26,079 bases of DNA. It comes from Candidatus Falkowbacteria bacterium CG10_big_fil_rev_8_21_14_0_10_43_11. GTDB taxonomy: Bacteria > Patescibacteriota > Patescibacteriia > Patescibacteriales > XYC2-FULL-47-12. The stretch is from positions 3,811-29,889 of the forward strand of contig PFAS01000047.1 of assembly GCA_002778635.1 (NCBI GenBank). Reading direction: 5' to 3'. A model generated the notes under the pieces. It was not told the DNA's origin. It saw only the letters and a program-made list of their open reading frames with translations, and did no database searches. Positions 8,316 to 16,936 of the stretch are shown piece after piece; position 1 is the first letter of the stretch; each line of letters opens with the position of its first letter. The position numbers and the translations under genes are program-made.

Positions 8316-8870
8316 ATGCAAAATCAACTTGACAGGATTATAAATTTAGTAAAAAAAACCGGCGACCGTCTGGTTGTTTTGGATCGCGATAACCCGCGTC
8401 AAAGTTATGTAGTAATGGATATTAACGATTATGAAATGTTAGTGGATAAGGGAGAATGCCATTGGGATGGCGACGGCGAAAGCGATGATTTTTATAAAGA
8501 GCCTTGGGACGAGAGCGATGAAGAAGATGAAGATTGGGATTTTAAGCCGGAAAATTACTTAAGCGATGATTTAAAAGAGGATAATAATGAATATGATTTT
8601 AATGAGCCGCCGATAGTTGATCTGGACGGCGATGACTATGGGGACGACGGAAAAGAAGATTTTACGCCAATAGATGAAATTTTTGCTGAAAAAAAGGTAA
8701 AAAATAAAAAAACCAGCCAGCTTGACAATAGTTTGAAGTATGGTACAATGAAGCATAATTCCGAAGAAATCAGCGGAAAACGGCGTTCTCGCTGGGAAAT
8801 TGCGCCGGAAGTGAAAAAAACATTTGAAAATGAGCCGGAGGAAGACAGATATTATTTAGAAACCATTTAA
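8316..8870 (+). CDS. Hypothetical protein (184 aa): compact, possibly Phd/YefM-like N-terminus plus a long acidic low-complexity tail
   Basis: ATG 8316 (MQNQLDRIINLVKKTGDRLVVLDRDNPRQSYVVMDINDYEML). D/E-rich middle. C-terminus EEDRYYLETI. Confidence 0.8.
   Translation: MQNQLDRIINLVKKTGDRLVVLDRDNPRQSYVVMDINDYEMLVDKGECHWDGDGESDDFYKEPWDESDEEDEDWDFKPENYLSDDLKEDNNEYDFNEPPIVDLDGDDYGDDGKEDFTPIDEIFAEKKVKNKKTSQLDNSLKYGTMKHNSEEISGKRRSRWEIAPEVKKTFENEPEEDRYYLETI
8722..8749 (+). promoter_or_regulatory. Putative internal promoter directed at tuf
   Basis: TTGACA (8722-8727), 16 nt, TACAAT (8744-8749), with extended -10 TG at 8741-8742 and an A-tract at ~8701-8712. Confidence 0.55.
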
Positions 8871-8964
8871 TTTTTTTGGTTTTTTTTACTTTATTTATAA
8901 TAATTTAGGCGGCTGGATTGTAACCCCGCAGTACTGTGGGGGCCGTAATTAAGGAATAAAAAAC

Positions 8965-10152
8965 ATGACTGCACAATTTGAACGCACAAAACCCCATGTT
9001 AATGTCGGCACCATCGGCCACGTTGACCATGGCAAGACGACTTTAACGGCAGCTATTTTAAAAGTGTTGCATGCTAAAGGTTTTACTGCTTCCGAAAAAT
9101 CAGTTGACCAAATAGACGCTGCTCCGGAAGAAAAAGCGCGCGGCATTACAATCGCCACCGCGCATGTTGAGTATGAATCGGAAAAACGCCATTACGCGCA
9201 CGTAGACTGCCCGGGTCACGCCGATTACGTCAAAAACATGATTACCGGCGCGGCTCAGATGGATGGCGCGATTTTGGTCGTGAGTGCGACTGACGGTCCG
9301 ATGCCGCAAACGCGCGAACATATTTTGCTTGCAAATCAGGTAGGCGTGCCGTATGTCGTGGTATTTTTAAACAAAGTTGACATGGTTGAGGATAAAGAAT
9401 TGATTGATTTGGTAGAAGAAGAAGTTCGTGATTTATTAAAAAAGTACGAATTTGACGGCGATAACGCGACGATTATCCGCGGCAGCGCTTTGAAGGCGTT
9501 AGAAGATCCGAACGGCGAGTACGGCCAGGCGATTTTAGATTTAGTCAAGGCTTTGGACGAAAAGATTCCGGAGCCGAAACGCGATATTGATAAGCCGTTT
9601 TTAATGCCGATTGAAGATGTTTTCTCAATTGAAGGCCGCGGCACCGTAGTCACCGGCCGCATTGAGCGCGGCATAGTAAAAGTCGGCGAAGAACTGGAAA
9701 TAATCGGTTTGCGCGATACCCAAAAGACTACTGCCACCGGCATTGAAATGTTTAACAAAACTTTAAATCAGGGACAAGCGGGAGACAACGCCGGCGTACT
9801 TTTGCGCGGCACTAAAAAAGATGAAGTGGAACGCGGCCAGGTTTTGGCTAAACCAGGATCAGTTACTCCGCATACGGAATTTGAATCCGAGGTATATGTT
9901 TTAACCAAAGAAGAAGGCGGACGCCATAAGCCGTTTTTTAAAGGATATAAGCCGCAATTTTACATCGGCACCACTGATGTTACGGGCGAGGTAAGTTTGT
10001 CGGAAGGAACGGAAATGGTCATGCCGGGCGATACCGTCAAAATGACGATTAAATTAATCGCGCCCATCGCTTTGGAAGAAAAGCAAAAATTCGCCATTCG
10101 CGAAGGCGGCCATACCGTAGGCGCCGGCGTTGTGGCAAAAATGATTAAGTAA
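8965..10152 (+). CDS. tuf: Elongation factor Tu
   Basis: [33 protein letters not shown]. Confidence 0.99.
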   Translation: MTAQFERTKPHVNVGTIGHVDHGKTTLTAAILKVLHAKGFTASEKSVDQIDAAPEEKARGITIATAHVEYESEKRHYAHVDCPGHADYVKNMITGAAQMDGAILVVSATDGPMPQTREHILLANQVGVPYVVVFLNKVDMVEDKELIDLVEEEVRDLLKKYEFDGDNATIIRGSALKALEDPNGEYGQAILDLVKALDEKIPEPKRDIDKPFLMPIEDVFSIEGRGTVVTGRIERGIVKVGEELEIIGLRDTQKTTATGIEMFNKTLNQGQAGDNAGVLLRGTKKDEVERGQVLAKPGSVTPHTEFESEVYVLTKEEGGRHKPFFKGYKPQFYIGTTDVTGEVSLSEGTEMVMPGDTVKMTIKLIAPIALEEKQKFAIREGGHTVGAGVVAKMIK

Positions 10153-10160
10153 ATACTTTA

Positions 10161-10183
10161 TCCTCCGAAATATTTTCGGAGGA
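10161..10183 (+). other. 10-bp perfect hairpin between tuf and rpsJ, without a U-tract
   Basis: TCCTCCGAAA-TAT-TTTCGGAGGA. Confidence 0.7.
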
Positions 10184-10237
10184 CAGCAGTGTTTATTTAT
10201 AAACGCTAAATCTTTAAAATTAGAAAATAAAGATTAC

Positions 10238-10600
10238 ATGAGTATCACTGAAACAAACAAGAAGCCAGCGTCGGATGCGGTCGTTCCTGAAGACAGCAAA
10301 CAAAAAATCAGGATTAAGATTCGCGCTTACGATTACAAAATCATCGATCAAGCGGCAAAAACGATTATTGAAAGCGTTCAGCGTAGCGGCGTGCAGGTTT
10401 TCGGCCCGATTCCGCTGCCAACGGCCAAAAGAAAGTACACGGTAAACCGATCTACTTTCGTGCACCGGAAATCAAAGGAGCAGTATGAAATGCGCGTTCA
10501 TAAGCGTTTGATTGATATTATTGAGCCGACTGCCAAAACAGTGGAGCTTCTGACAAATTTAAGCTTGCCGACCGGCGTGGACGTGGAAATTAAAATGTGA
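10238..10600 (+). CDS. rpsJ: 30S ribosomal protein S10 (short N-terminal extension)
   Basis: KIRIKIRAYDYK, GPIPLPT, EQYEMRVHKRLIDI; TGA stop. Confidence 0.99.
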   Translation: MSITETNKKPASDAVVPEDSKQKIRIKIRAYDYKIIDQAAKTIIESVQRSGVQVFGPIPLPTAKRKYTVNRSTFVHRKSKEQYEMRVHKRLIDIIEPTAKTVELLTNLSLPTGVDVEIKM

Positions 10601-10839
10601 TAGATCGCTAATTGCCACGAATTCATAAACGAACAGCCGCGAATTACTAGTACGCAAAATAAAAATACATCATTGGATTGTTGCTGTAACCCCTTTTGGG
10701 AAGTATGGCAAGAAGAAGATGATAAAAAACGAGGATTTAAGAGTCAAATAACTACAACAAAAAGTAAAGCTAGCCAAGATATTTTAGAATTCTGGCGCTT
10801 TGTTGTAAGGCCAGATTTTTTATTTCAATTAGTTTTAAT

Positions 10840-11631
10840 ATGAAATTCATTTTAGGCAAAAAATTAGAGATGACGCAGCTTTTCCAAGACGACGGAACGG
10901 TCGTGCCGGTGACTAAAATTCAGGCGGGACCGTGCGTCGTAACGCAGGTTAAAAACGCCGGTAAAGACGGTTACGCGGCCGTGCAATTTGGTTATGGAGC
11001 AAAGAGAGCAAAAAATATTAATAAATCATTGCGCGGGCATGCGGACGGCTTGGGTAATTTTCAATATTTGCGGGAGATGAGGGTTAAAGACGAAAACAAA
11101 GAGAAAGTTGAATTGAAGCGCGGGCAAATCATTGATGTTTCCAGTTTTATTCTAGGCGATGTCGTTGACGCGATTGGCGCGTCCAAAGGGCTTGGTTTTC
11201 AGGGCGTAGTCAAACGGCATCATTTTCACGGTTCTCCCGGGAGCCACGGCCACAAAGACCAATTGCGGCACTCGGGTTCAGTGGGGGCTAAAGGTCCGGC
11301 GCATGTTTTTAAGGGCACTCGCATGGGCGGCCACATGGGCGATGAGCGAGTAACGATGAAAAATTTATCAATTGCCAAAGTTGACGCGGACAATAATATT
11401 TTATATGTCAGAGGAGCGGTACCCGGAGCGCGCAACGGATTAGTTATCATTAAGGGAGAAGGGGAGATGACGATTGCGGAAAGTAAGAAGTCGGAAGTAA
11501 GAAGTGAAGAAAAAGAGACGGAAAAAATTACCAATGACGAATTAAGAATTAAGAATAAAGGAGAGGAACAAGCAGCAGAAGAGAACATAGAAGAAAAAGA
11601 ACAAAAAAAAGAAGAAGTCGCGGCAATTTAA
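10840..11631 (+). CDS. rplC: 50S ribosomal protein L3 with a ~57-aa acidic C-terminal tail
   Basis: GKKLEMTQ, KGLGFQGVVKRH, GTRMGGHMG, GAVPGARNG. Confidence 0.99.
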   Translation: MKFILGKKLEMTQLFQDDGTVVPVTKIQAGPCVVTQVKNAGKDGYAAVQFGYGAKRAKNINKSLRGHADGLGNFQYLREMRVKDENKEKVELKRGQIIDVSSFILGDVVDAIGASKGLGFQGVVKRHHFHGSPGSHGHKDQLRHSGSVGAKGPAHVFKGTRMGGHMGDERVTMKNLSIAKVDADNNILYVRGAVPGARNGLVIIKGEGEMTIAESKKSEVRSEEKETEKITNDELRIKNKGEEQAAEENIEEKEQKKEEVAAI

Positions 11632-11655
11632 CAATGTGACAATGCAGTAATTTTT

Positions 11656-12321
11656 ATGAAAGTTAAAGTTTATAATCAAAACGCGGAAATAGTCGGAGAG
11701 CAGGATTTAAATCCGGCGGTATTTGACGTAAAAGCGAACGAAGCTTTAATTCATCAGGTTGCGGTGGCGCAAATGTCCAACGAGCGGCAGGTGCTCGCCC
11801 ATACCAAAACCAAAGGCGAAGTGCGCGGCGGCGGCCGCAAGCCTTGGCGCCAAAAAGGCACCGGCCGGGCGCGCGCCGGTTCATCCCGCAGTCCGTTATG
11901 GACCGGCGGCGGCGTGACTTTTGGACCGCGCTCCAATCGCAATTTTTCCAAAAAGATAAATATCAAAATGAAACGACAAGCGATCTTGGGAGTTTTGTCG
12001 GATAAGGTTCGCCATCAGAGTTTGATAATAGTTGATAAATTAGATTTGCCGGAAGCAAAAACCAAGCAAGCGGCGCTCATAATTAAAAATTTTGCCGCGA
12101 AAACGATAATTGGCGGTGAAGCGAACAAACAGAGAAAAAATAATATTTTAGTGATGACAGCGGGCAGAGAAGAAAAAGCGGAGCGGGCGCTGAAAAATTT
12201 AACCAGCGCGGAGTTGATAAAAATTAACAACATCAATATTTTGGATTTGTTAAAATATAAAAACATAATTTTAACTTTGGAAACGGTTAAAAAATTAGAA
12301 GAGCGGTATTCAGGCAAATAG
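11656..12321 (+). CDS. rplD: 50S ribosomal protein L4
   Basis: GGGRKPWRQKGTGRARAGS..GGGVTFGP. Confidence 0.99.
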   Translation: MKVKVYNQNAEIVGEQDLNPAVFDVKANEALIHQVAVAQMSNERQVLAHTKTKGEVRGGGRKPWRQKGTGRARAGSSRSPLWTGGGVTFGPRSNRNFSKKINIKMKRQAILGVLSDKVRHQSLIIVDKLDLPEAKTKQAALIIKNFAAKTIIGGEANKQRKNNILVMTAGREEKAERALKNLTSAELIKINNINILDLLKYKNIILTLETVKKLEERYSGK

Positions 12322-12330
12322 CAAAAACAT

Positions 12331-12759
12331 ATGGCAGCATTTAAAGCAAAAAAAAATAGCAATCAAGACGGCCAGCCGGACAAAAATCCAAGCATGAAAG
12401 ATTTGTATGACGGCGGCATCAGCGCGACCGCAACTGACGCAAAAAAAGGAAAGTCAGCGGCGCGCGGCTCTTATTTGGAATCATATCGCGTGTTAATTAA
12501 ACCGTTAGTCACTGAAAAAGCGGCCAAAATCGGAGCGGCAAACAAATATGCTTTTGTAGTGTCAAAAGAAGCCAATAAAATAATGGTTGCCAAGGCGATA
12601 GAGCATGTCTATGGCGTTAAACCGGTTAGAATCAATATTATTAATAGAACAGGCAAAGTAGTTCGCAGCCGGCGGGGAAACGGCAAAAGAAAAGATTGGA
12701 AAAAGGCGATAATCAGTCTGCCTAAAGGAAAAAACATTAATATTTACGAAGGCGTGTAG
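12331..12759 (+). CDS. rplW: 50S ribosomal protein L23 with a ~50-aa N-terminal extension
   Basis: IKPLVTEKA, NKYAFVV, KDWKKAIISL. Confidence 0.97.
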   Translation: MAAFKAKKNSNQDGQPDKNPSMKDLYDGGISATATDAKKGKSAARGSYLESYRVLIKPLVTEKAAKIGAANKYAFVVSKEANKIMVAKAIEHVYGVKPVRINIINRTGKVVRSRRGNGKRKDWKKAIISLPKGKNINIYEGV

Positions 12760-12777
12760 TTCAATAACGCCAAAAAG

Positions 12778-12984
12778 GGACTTAATAGATTAGCGAACCC
12801 TTAATACGAATGCTTCTTGCGGATTTAGTTGCCCCCGCAGTTATACGAATGCCACGAATGTAGGAAAAAAGTTTAACAGCAGAATTCGTAGCATTCATGT
12901 CCATCTTAGCCGTTATAAGTCCGTATAAAGAGCTCGCATTAAAGATTCACTAAAAGATTAAAGTCCATAATTAACTTTTTGAAC
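12778..12984. repeat. Nested palindromic element: family X arms enclosing an ACGAAT/ATTCGT inverted module (rplW-rplB)
   Basis: Outer: GGACTTAATA..GCGAACCCTTAATACGAAT (12778-12811) and TAAGTCC..GCTCGCATTAAAGATTCA..TTTTTGAAC. Inner: GAATGCCACGAAT (12847-12859) / ATTCGTAGCATTC (12884-12896). Confidence 0.8.
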
Positions 12985-13821
12985 ATGGGTATAAGAACGG
13001 TAAAACCAACAACGAACGCATTGCGTCAAGTAACCTTTGACGATTTTGCCGATATCACCGCCGTTAGGCCGCTGAAGCGCTTGACCGTGCCAAAGAAAAA
13101 AAAAGGCGGCCGAAATTTTCAAGGTAAAATTACCATTCGCCATCAGGGCGGAGGGGCAAAACAACGAGTCCGGCTGGTTGATTTTAAACAGGATAAATTT
13201 GACGTCTTGGCGACGGTGAAAACGATTGAATATGATCCGACCAGAGGCGCCAGAGTCGCTTTGTTGTTTTACCGCGACGGCGAGAAGCGCTACATTATCG
13301 CGCCCGACGGTTTAAAAGTGGGCGATACGCTAATGAGTTCGGAACAAAAGCAGGAAGCAAAATTAGGCATGCGCCTGCCGTTAAAACACATCCCGATTGG
13401 TTTAGAGATACATAATGTGGAATTGGTTCGGGGCGCCGGCGGAAAATTAGCCCGCGGCGCCGGTAATTTGGTCAAATTAATGGCCATTGACGGAGACAAC
13501 GCTCAATTAAGATTGCCCTCCGGCGAAATCAGACTGGTAAAAAGCGATTGTTTGGCGACTATCGGCAAAGTAAGCAATCCTGACCGTCGTTTGATTTCTA
13601 TCGGCAAAGCCGGTCGCAGCCGTTTGTTGGGAATACGCCCGACCGTGCGCGGCACGGCGATGAACCCGGTTGACCATCCGCACGGCGGCGGCGAAGGCAA
13701 ACAGTCCATTGGTTTGAAAGCGCCTAAAACTAAGTGGGGCAAGAAAGCGCTCGGCGTCAAAACCAGAAAGCCGCAACCGTCAGACCGACTGATAATGCAG
13801 AGAAGGAAAAAGAGAAAGTAA
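12985..13821 (+). CDS. rplB: 50S ribosomal protein L2
   Basis: ATG 12985 (MGIRTVKPTT); IEYDPTR, RLPSGE, MNPVDHPHGGGEG. Confidence 0.99.
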   Translation: MGIRTVKPTTNALRQVTFDDFADITAVRPLKRLTVPKKKKGGRNFQGKITIRHQGGGAKQRVRLVDFKQDKFDVLATVKTIEYDPTRGARVALLFYRDGEKRYIIAPDGLKVGDTLMSSEQKQEAKLGMRLPLKHIPIGLEIHNVELVRGAGGKLARGAGNLVKLMAIDGDNAQLRLPSGEIRLVKSDCLATIGKVSNPDRRLISIGKAGRSRLLGIRPTVRGTAMNPVDHPHGGGEGKQSIGLKAPKTKWGKKALGVKTRKPQPSDRLIMQRRKKRK

Positions 13822-13868
13822 CTAGTCAAAAGTCCATAAAGTCAAATTTGTATTAACATGTTGAACAT

Positions 13869-14201
13869 ATGTCCAGAAGCTTAAAAAAAGGTCCTTATGT
13901 AAATGAGGATTTAATAAAAAAGATAAAAAATTTAATGCCGAACGATAAGACGGTTGTTAAAACTTGGGACAGGTCTTGCACGATTACGCCAGCAATGGTA
14001 GGTTTTACTATCGGCGTTTATAACGGCCGCCAGCATGTTCCGGTAAGGGTAGTGGAAAATATGGTCGGCCATAAGTTGGGCGAGTTTTCCTTGACGCGCA
14101 AGTTTATCGTGCACGGCGGCAAGAAAGCCAAAGAACAAGAGCGCGAAGCGGCCCAAAAATCAGCCGCGCCCGTTGCCGCTCCGGCCGCCAAAAAAGTTTA
14201 A
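13869..14201 (+). CDS. rpsS: 30S ribosomal protein S19 (A/P/K tail)
   Basis: [24 protein letters not shown]. Confidence 0.99.
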   Translation: MSRSLKKGPYVNEDLIKKIKNLMPNDKTVVKTWDRSCTITPAMVGFTIGVYNGRQHVPVRVVENMVGHKLGEFSLTRKFIVHGGKKAKEQEREAAQKSAAPVAAPAAKKV

Positions 14202-14217
14202 TTAATTTTATTTAGAT

Positions 14218-14811
14218 ATGCGGATAACGGCTAAAGTAAAAAACGTCAGAATTGCGCCGCGCAAATTGCGGTTAGTGGTTGATTATGTCCGAAAGATGAA
14301 AGTAGGAGATGCTTTAAATCGCTTGCGTCTGCTTAATAAAACAGGCAGCCAAACCGTGATGAAAGCGATTAATTCGGCCATAGCCAACGCCGAACATAAT
14401 TTTGAATTAGATAAAAATAATTTGTTTATTCAGGAAATCAAAGTGAATGAAGCGGCTACTTTAAAACGCTGGATGCCGCGGGCGCACGGCCGCGCCACCC
14501 CGATCAGAAAACGAGGCAGCCATTTGGAATTAATTTTAGCGGAAATAAAAGACAGCGGCGTTAAAGCGGGCAAAAAACCGACGATGGAAGCGCCGGTAAA
14601 ATTATCGGAAGTGGCCAAAGAACCGTTGGCGGCCGCGGCTAAGCCGGCGGTTAAAGCCAAGGACGCGTTTGACGCTGACATTAAAGATACTGCAGCAGAA
14701 GGTGAAAAGGAAATTCAGAACGTCCAGCGCGAAGGTCGAGCCGGACATGCGCGAGCCGAAGGCGGACGTAAAGGTTTTGCCAGCCGAATGTTTAGAAGAA
14801 AGTCAGGATAA
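14218..14811 (+). CDS. rplV: 50S ribosomal protein L22 with an ~87-aa C-terminal extension
   Basis: RIAPRKLRLV, SAIANAEHN, LKRWMPRAHGRA. Confidence 0.98.
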   Translation: MRITAKVKNVRIAPRKLRLVVDYVRKMKVGDALNRLRLLNKTGSQTVMKAINSAIANAEHNFELDKNNLFIQEIKVNEAATLKRWMPRAHGRATPIRKRGSHLELILAEIKDSGVKAGKKPTMEAPVKLSEVAKEPLAAAAKPAVKAKDAFDADIKDTAAEGEKEIQNVQREGRAGHARAEGGRKGFASRMFRRKSG

Positions 14812-14813
14812 GC

Positions 14814-14912
14814 AGTCAAAAGTTCATAAAGTTATAAAGTTAGAAGGTAAAACGCTAAAAATTGAACTTTATTGAACTTTATAGACTTTACGGATTTTAT
14901 AGACTTTATAAC
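14814..14912. repeat. Inverted 8-10-nt tandem array (AAAGTT.AT / ACTTTA) between rplV and rpsC
   Basis: Left: AGTCAAAAGTTCATAAAGTTATAAAGTT. Right: TTGAACTTTA TTGAACTTTA TAGACTTTA CGGATTTTA TAGACTTTA TAAC. Confidence 0.85.
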
Positions 14913-14920
14913 TAATAAGT

Positions 14921-15616
14921 ATGGGACAAAAAGTACATCCAAAAATTTTTCGCACCGGAGTAATTTATACCTGGCCTTCAAAATGGTTCAGTTCACGCCG
15001 CACTTTGGCCGTTAAAATAAAACAAGACGTCCAGATCCGCCGTTTTTTGATAAAAAAATTAAGAGAGGCCGGAGTTGACAAGGTGGAAATTGAACGCGAC
15101 GCCCAAAAAATAATAATTACCGTCTATACGGCAAAACCGGGGCTCGTTATCGGCCGCGGCGGCGCGGGCGCGGAAGATTTGAAAAAAGAAGTTAAGCGCA
15201 AATTTTTGCCCAAGGTCAAGTTAGGCGAAATTAATTTAAACATTAACGAAGTTGACCGGCCGAATTTGTCGGCGCAAATAGTCTTGCAGGGGATGATTTT
15301 AGAGATTGAAAAACGCCTGCCGTTTAGGCGGGTAATGAAGCAGGCGATTATGCATGTTCAGCGCGCGGGCGCTTTAGGCGTCAAAGTGCAGATAAAAGGG
15401 CGGCTGAACGGAGCGGAAATCGCGCGTGAAGAAAAAATGGCGGTCGGGAAGATTCCTTTGCATACTTTGCGCGCGGACATTGATTACGCTCGCGGCGCGG
15501 CCCATACCACCTACGGCGCGATTGGCCTTAAAATTTGGATTTATCGCGGTGAAATATTTAACAAAGAAGAGTCTAAGACGGGCGATGTCGTCGGTGAAGT
15601 TAAAAACAGAAAATAA
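14921..15616 (+). CDS. rpsC: 30S ribosomal protein S3
   Basis: MGQKVHP, KPGLVIGRGG, GRLNGAEIAR. Confidence 0.99.
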   Translation: MGQKVHPKIFRTGVIYTWPSKWFSSRRTLAVKIKQDVQIRRFLIKKLREAGVDKVEIERDAQKIIITVYTAKPGLVIGRGGAGAEDLKKEVKRKFLPKVKLGEINLNINEVDRPNLSAQIVLQGMILEIEKRLPFRRVMKQAIMHVQRAGALGVKVQIKGRLNGAEIAREEKMAVGKIPLHTLRADIDYARGAAHTTYGAIGLKIWIYRGEIFNKEESKTGDVVGEVKNRK

Positions 15617-15622
15617 AAATTT

Positions 15623-16027
15623 ATGTTAGCGCCAAAAAAAACCAAACACAGAAAACATCATCAGATCAAACCCTCGGGGACAAGCACTCGCGGGACGGAA
15701 TTAAATTTCGGCAGTTTTGGCTTAAAGGCGCTGGAATCGCGCTGGATTACCGCAAGGCAGATAGAAGCGGCTCGGCGCGTCATTACCCGTTATACCGCCC
15801 GCGGCGGCAAAATGTGGATTAGGATTTTTCCGGACGCGGTGATTACTAAAAAAAGCGGTGAAATTCCAATGGGAAAAGGCAAGGGCGATCCGGATCATTT
15901 TGTGGCGATAGTTTATCGAGGCAGAGTGCTGTTTGAATTGGAAGGCATTAAAGAAGCGCAGGCAAAAAAGGCTTTGACGCTCGCGGCCCACAAATTACCG
16001 ATAAAATGCAAATTTATTAAGAAATAG
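15623..16027 (+). CDS. rplP: 50S ribosomal protein L16
   Basis: RQIEAARR, WIRIFPD, MGKGKG, AAHKLP. Confidence 0.99.
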   Translation: MLAPKKTKHRKHHQIKPSGTSTRGTELNFGSFGLKALESRWITARQIEAARRVITRYTARGGKMWIRIFPDAVITKKSGEIPMGKGKGDPDHFVAIVYRGRVLFELEGIKEAQAKKALTLAAHKLPIKCKFIKK

Positions 16028-16029
16028 TT

Positions 16030-16224
16030 ATGGAGATTAAAGAGTTAAAAAATAAAAATATCAGCGAATTGCAGGCAATACTGAGAATCAAGCGGGACAA
16101 ATTGCGCGAACTGCGTTTTAAAGATGCGGCGAAACAGCTGAAAAACATCAGAGAATTAAGGATGATTAAAAAAGATATCGCGCAAATTTTGACCTTAATT
16201 AATGTCAAAGAATATGGAAAATAA
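16030..16224 (+). CDS. rpmC: 50S ribosomal protein L29
   Basis: ELRELRF...[14 protein letters not shown]; position between rplP and rpsQ. Confidence 0.97.
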   Translation: MEIKELKNKNISELQAILRIKRDKLRELRFKDAAKQLKNIRELRMIKKDIAQILTLINVKEYGK

Positions 16225-16489
16225 AGAGCCAGCCAAAATAATTAAAAAATTTTACGGGGTAGTCGTAAGCGCTAAAATGGATAAGACCCGCGTAGTTAAG
16301 GTTGACCGGGTCAAGTGCCATCCGAAGTACCGGAAAAGTTTTATGCGGAGCAAAAAATATAAAGTGCATGACGAACGCAATCAGTTTAAAGAAGGCGATC
16401 AGGTTACTTTCGTCGAATGCCGACCGTTGTCCAAAGATAAAAGATGGAGAGTACTGTATGAAGCAAAAAGTAAGAAGCAAGAAACATAA
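16214..16489 (+). CDS. rpsQ: 30S ribosomal protein S17 (start 16214 or 16202; overlaps rpmC)
   Basis: [30 protein letters not shown]. Confidence 0.98.
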   Translation: MENKEPAKIIKKFYGVVVSAKMDKTRVVKVDRVKCHPKYRKSFMRSKKYKVHDERNQFKEGDQVTFVECRPLSKDKRWRVLYEAKSKKQET

Positions 16490-16564
16490 AAACATAAAAC
16501 GCGAGAACATAAAAAAATACATTCGTATTAATGGTTCGCTTAATGATTTAAGTATTTGAACGAT

Positions 16565-16936
16565 ATGATTCAACACAGAACAATGTTAAAATTAGCAGAT
16601 AACAGCGGCGCCAAACTGGTGCAGTGCATCAAAGTTTTAGGCGGTTATAAGAAACGCTACGCCCGCATTGGCGATGTTATTACCGTCGCGGTAAAAGAAG
16701 CGGTGCCTCACAGTTTGGTAAAAAAAGGCGATGTGACGCATGCGGTGGTGGTGCGCACGCGTAAAGAAATAAAGCGCAATAACGGGGTTTGCGTCCGTTT
16801 TGACGAAAACGCCTGCGTCTTAGTTGACCAAAAAACTAAAGAGCCGAAAGGCACTAGAATTTTCGGGCCGGTAGTCAGAGAGCTGCGCGACCGTGGCTTT
16901 ATAAAAATCGTTTCGCTGGCGCCGGAAGTGCTGTAG
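16565..16936 (+). CDS. rplN: 50S ribosomal protein L14
   Basis: ATG 16565 ([17 protein letters not shown]); [15 protein letters not shown]. Confidence 0.99.
   Translation: MIQHRTMLKLADNSGAKLVQCIKVLGGYKKRYARIGDVITVAVKEAVPHSLVKKGDVTHAVVVRTRKEIKRNNGVCVRFDENACVLVDQKTKEPKGTRIFGPVVRELRDRGFIKIVSLAPEVL

Noticed and set aside
8880-8964. tRNA upstream of tuf
   Set aside because: No cloverleaf, T-loop GTTC or acceptor stem; only a simple hairpin.
10161-10183. tuf-rpsJ hairpin as an intrinsic terminator
   Set aside because: No U-tract follows; more likely a stabilising or processing stem.
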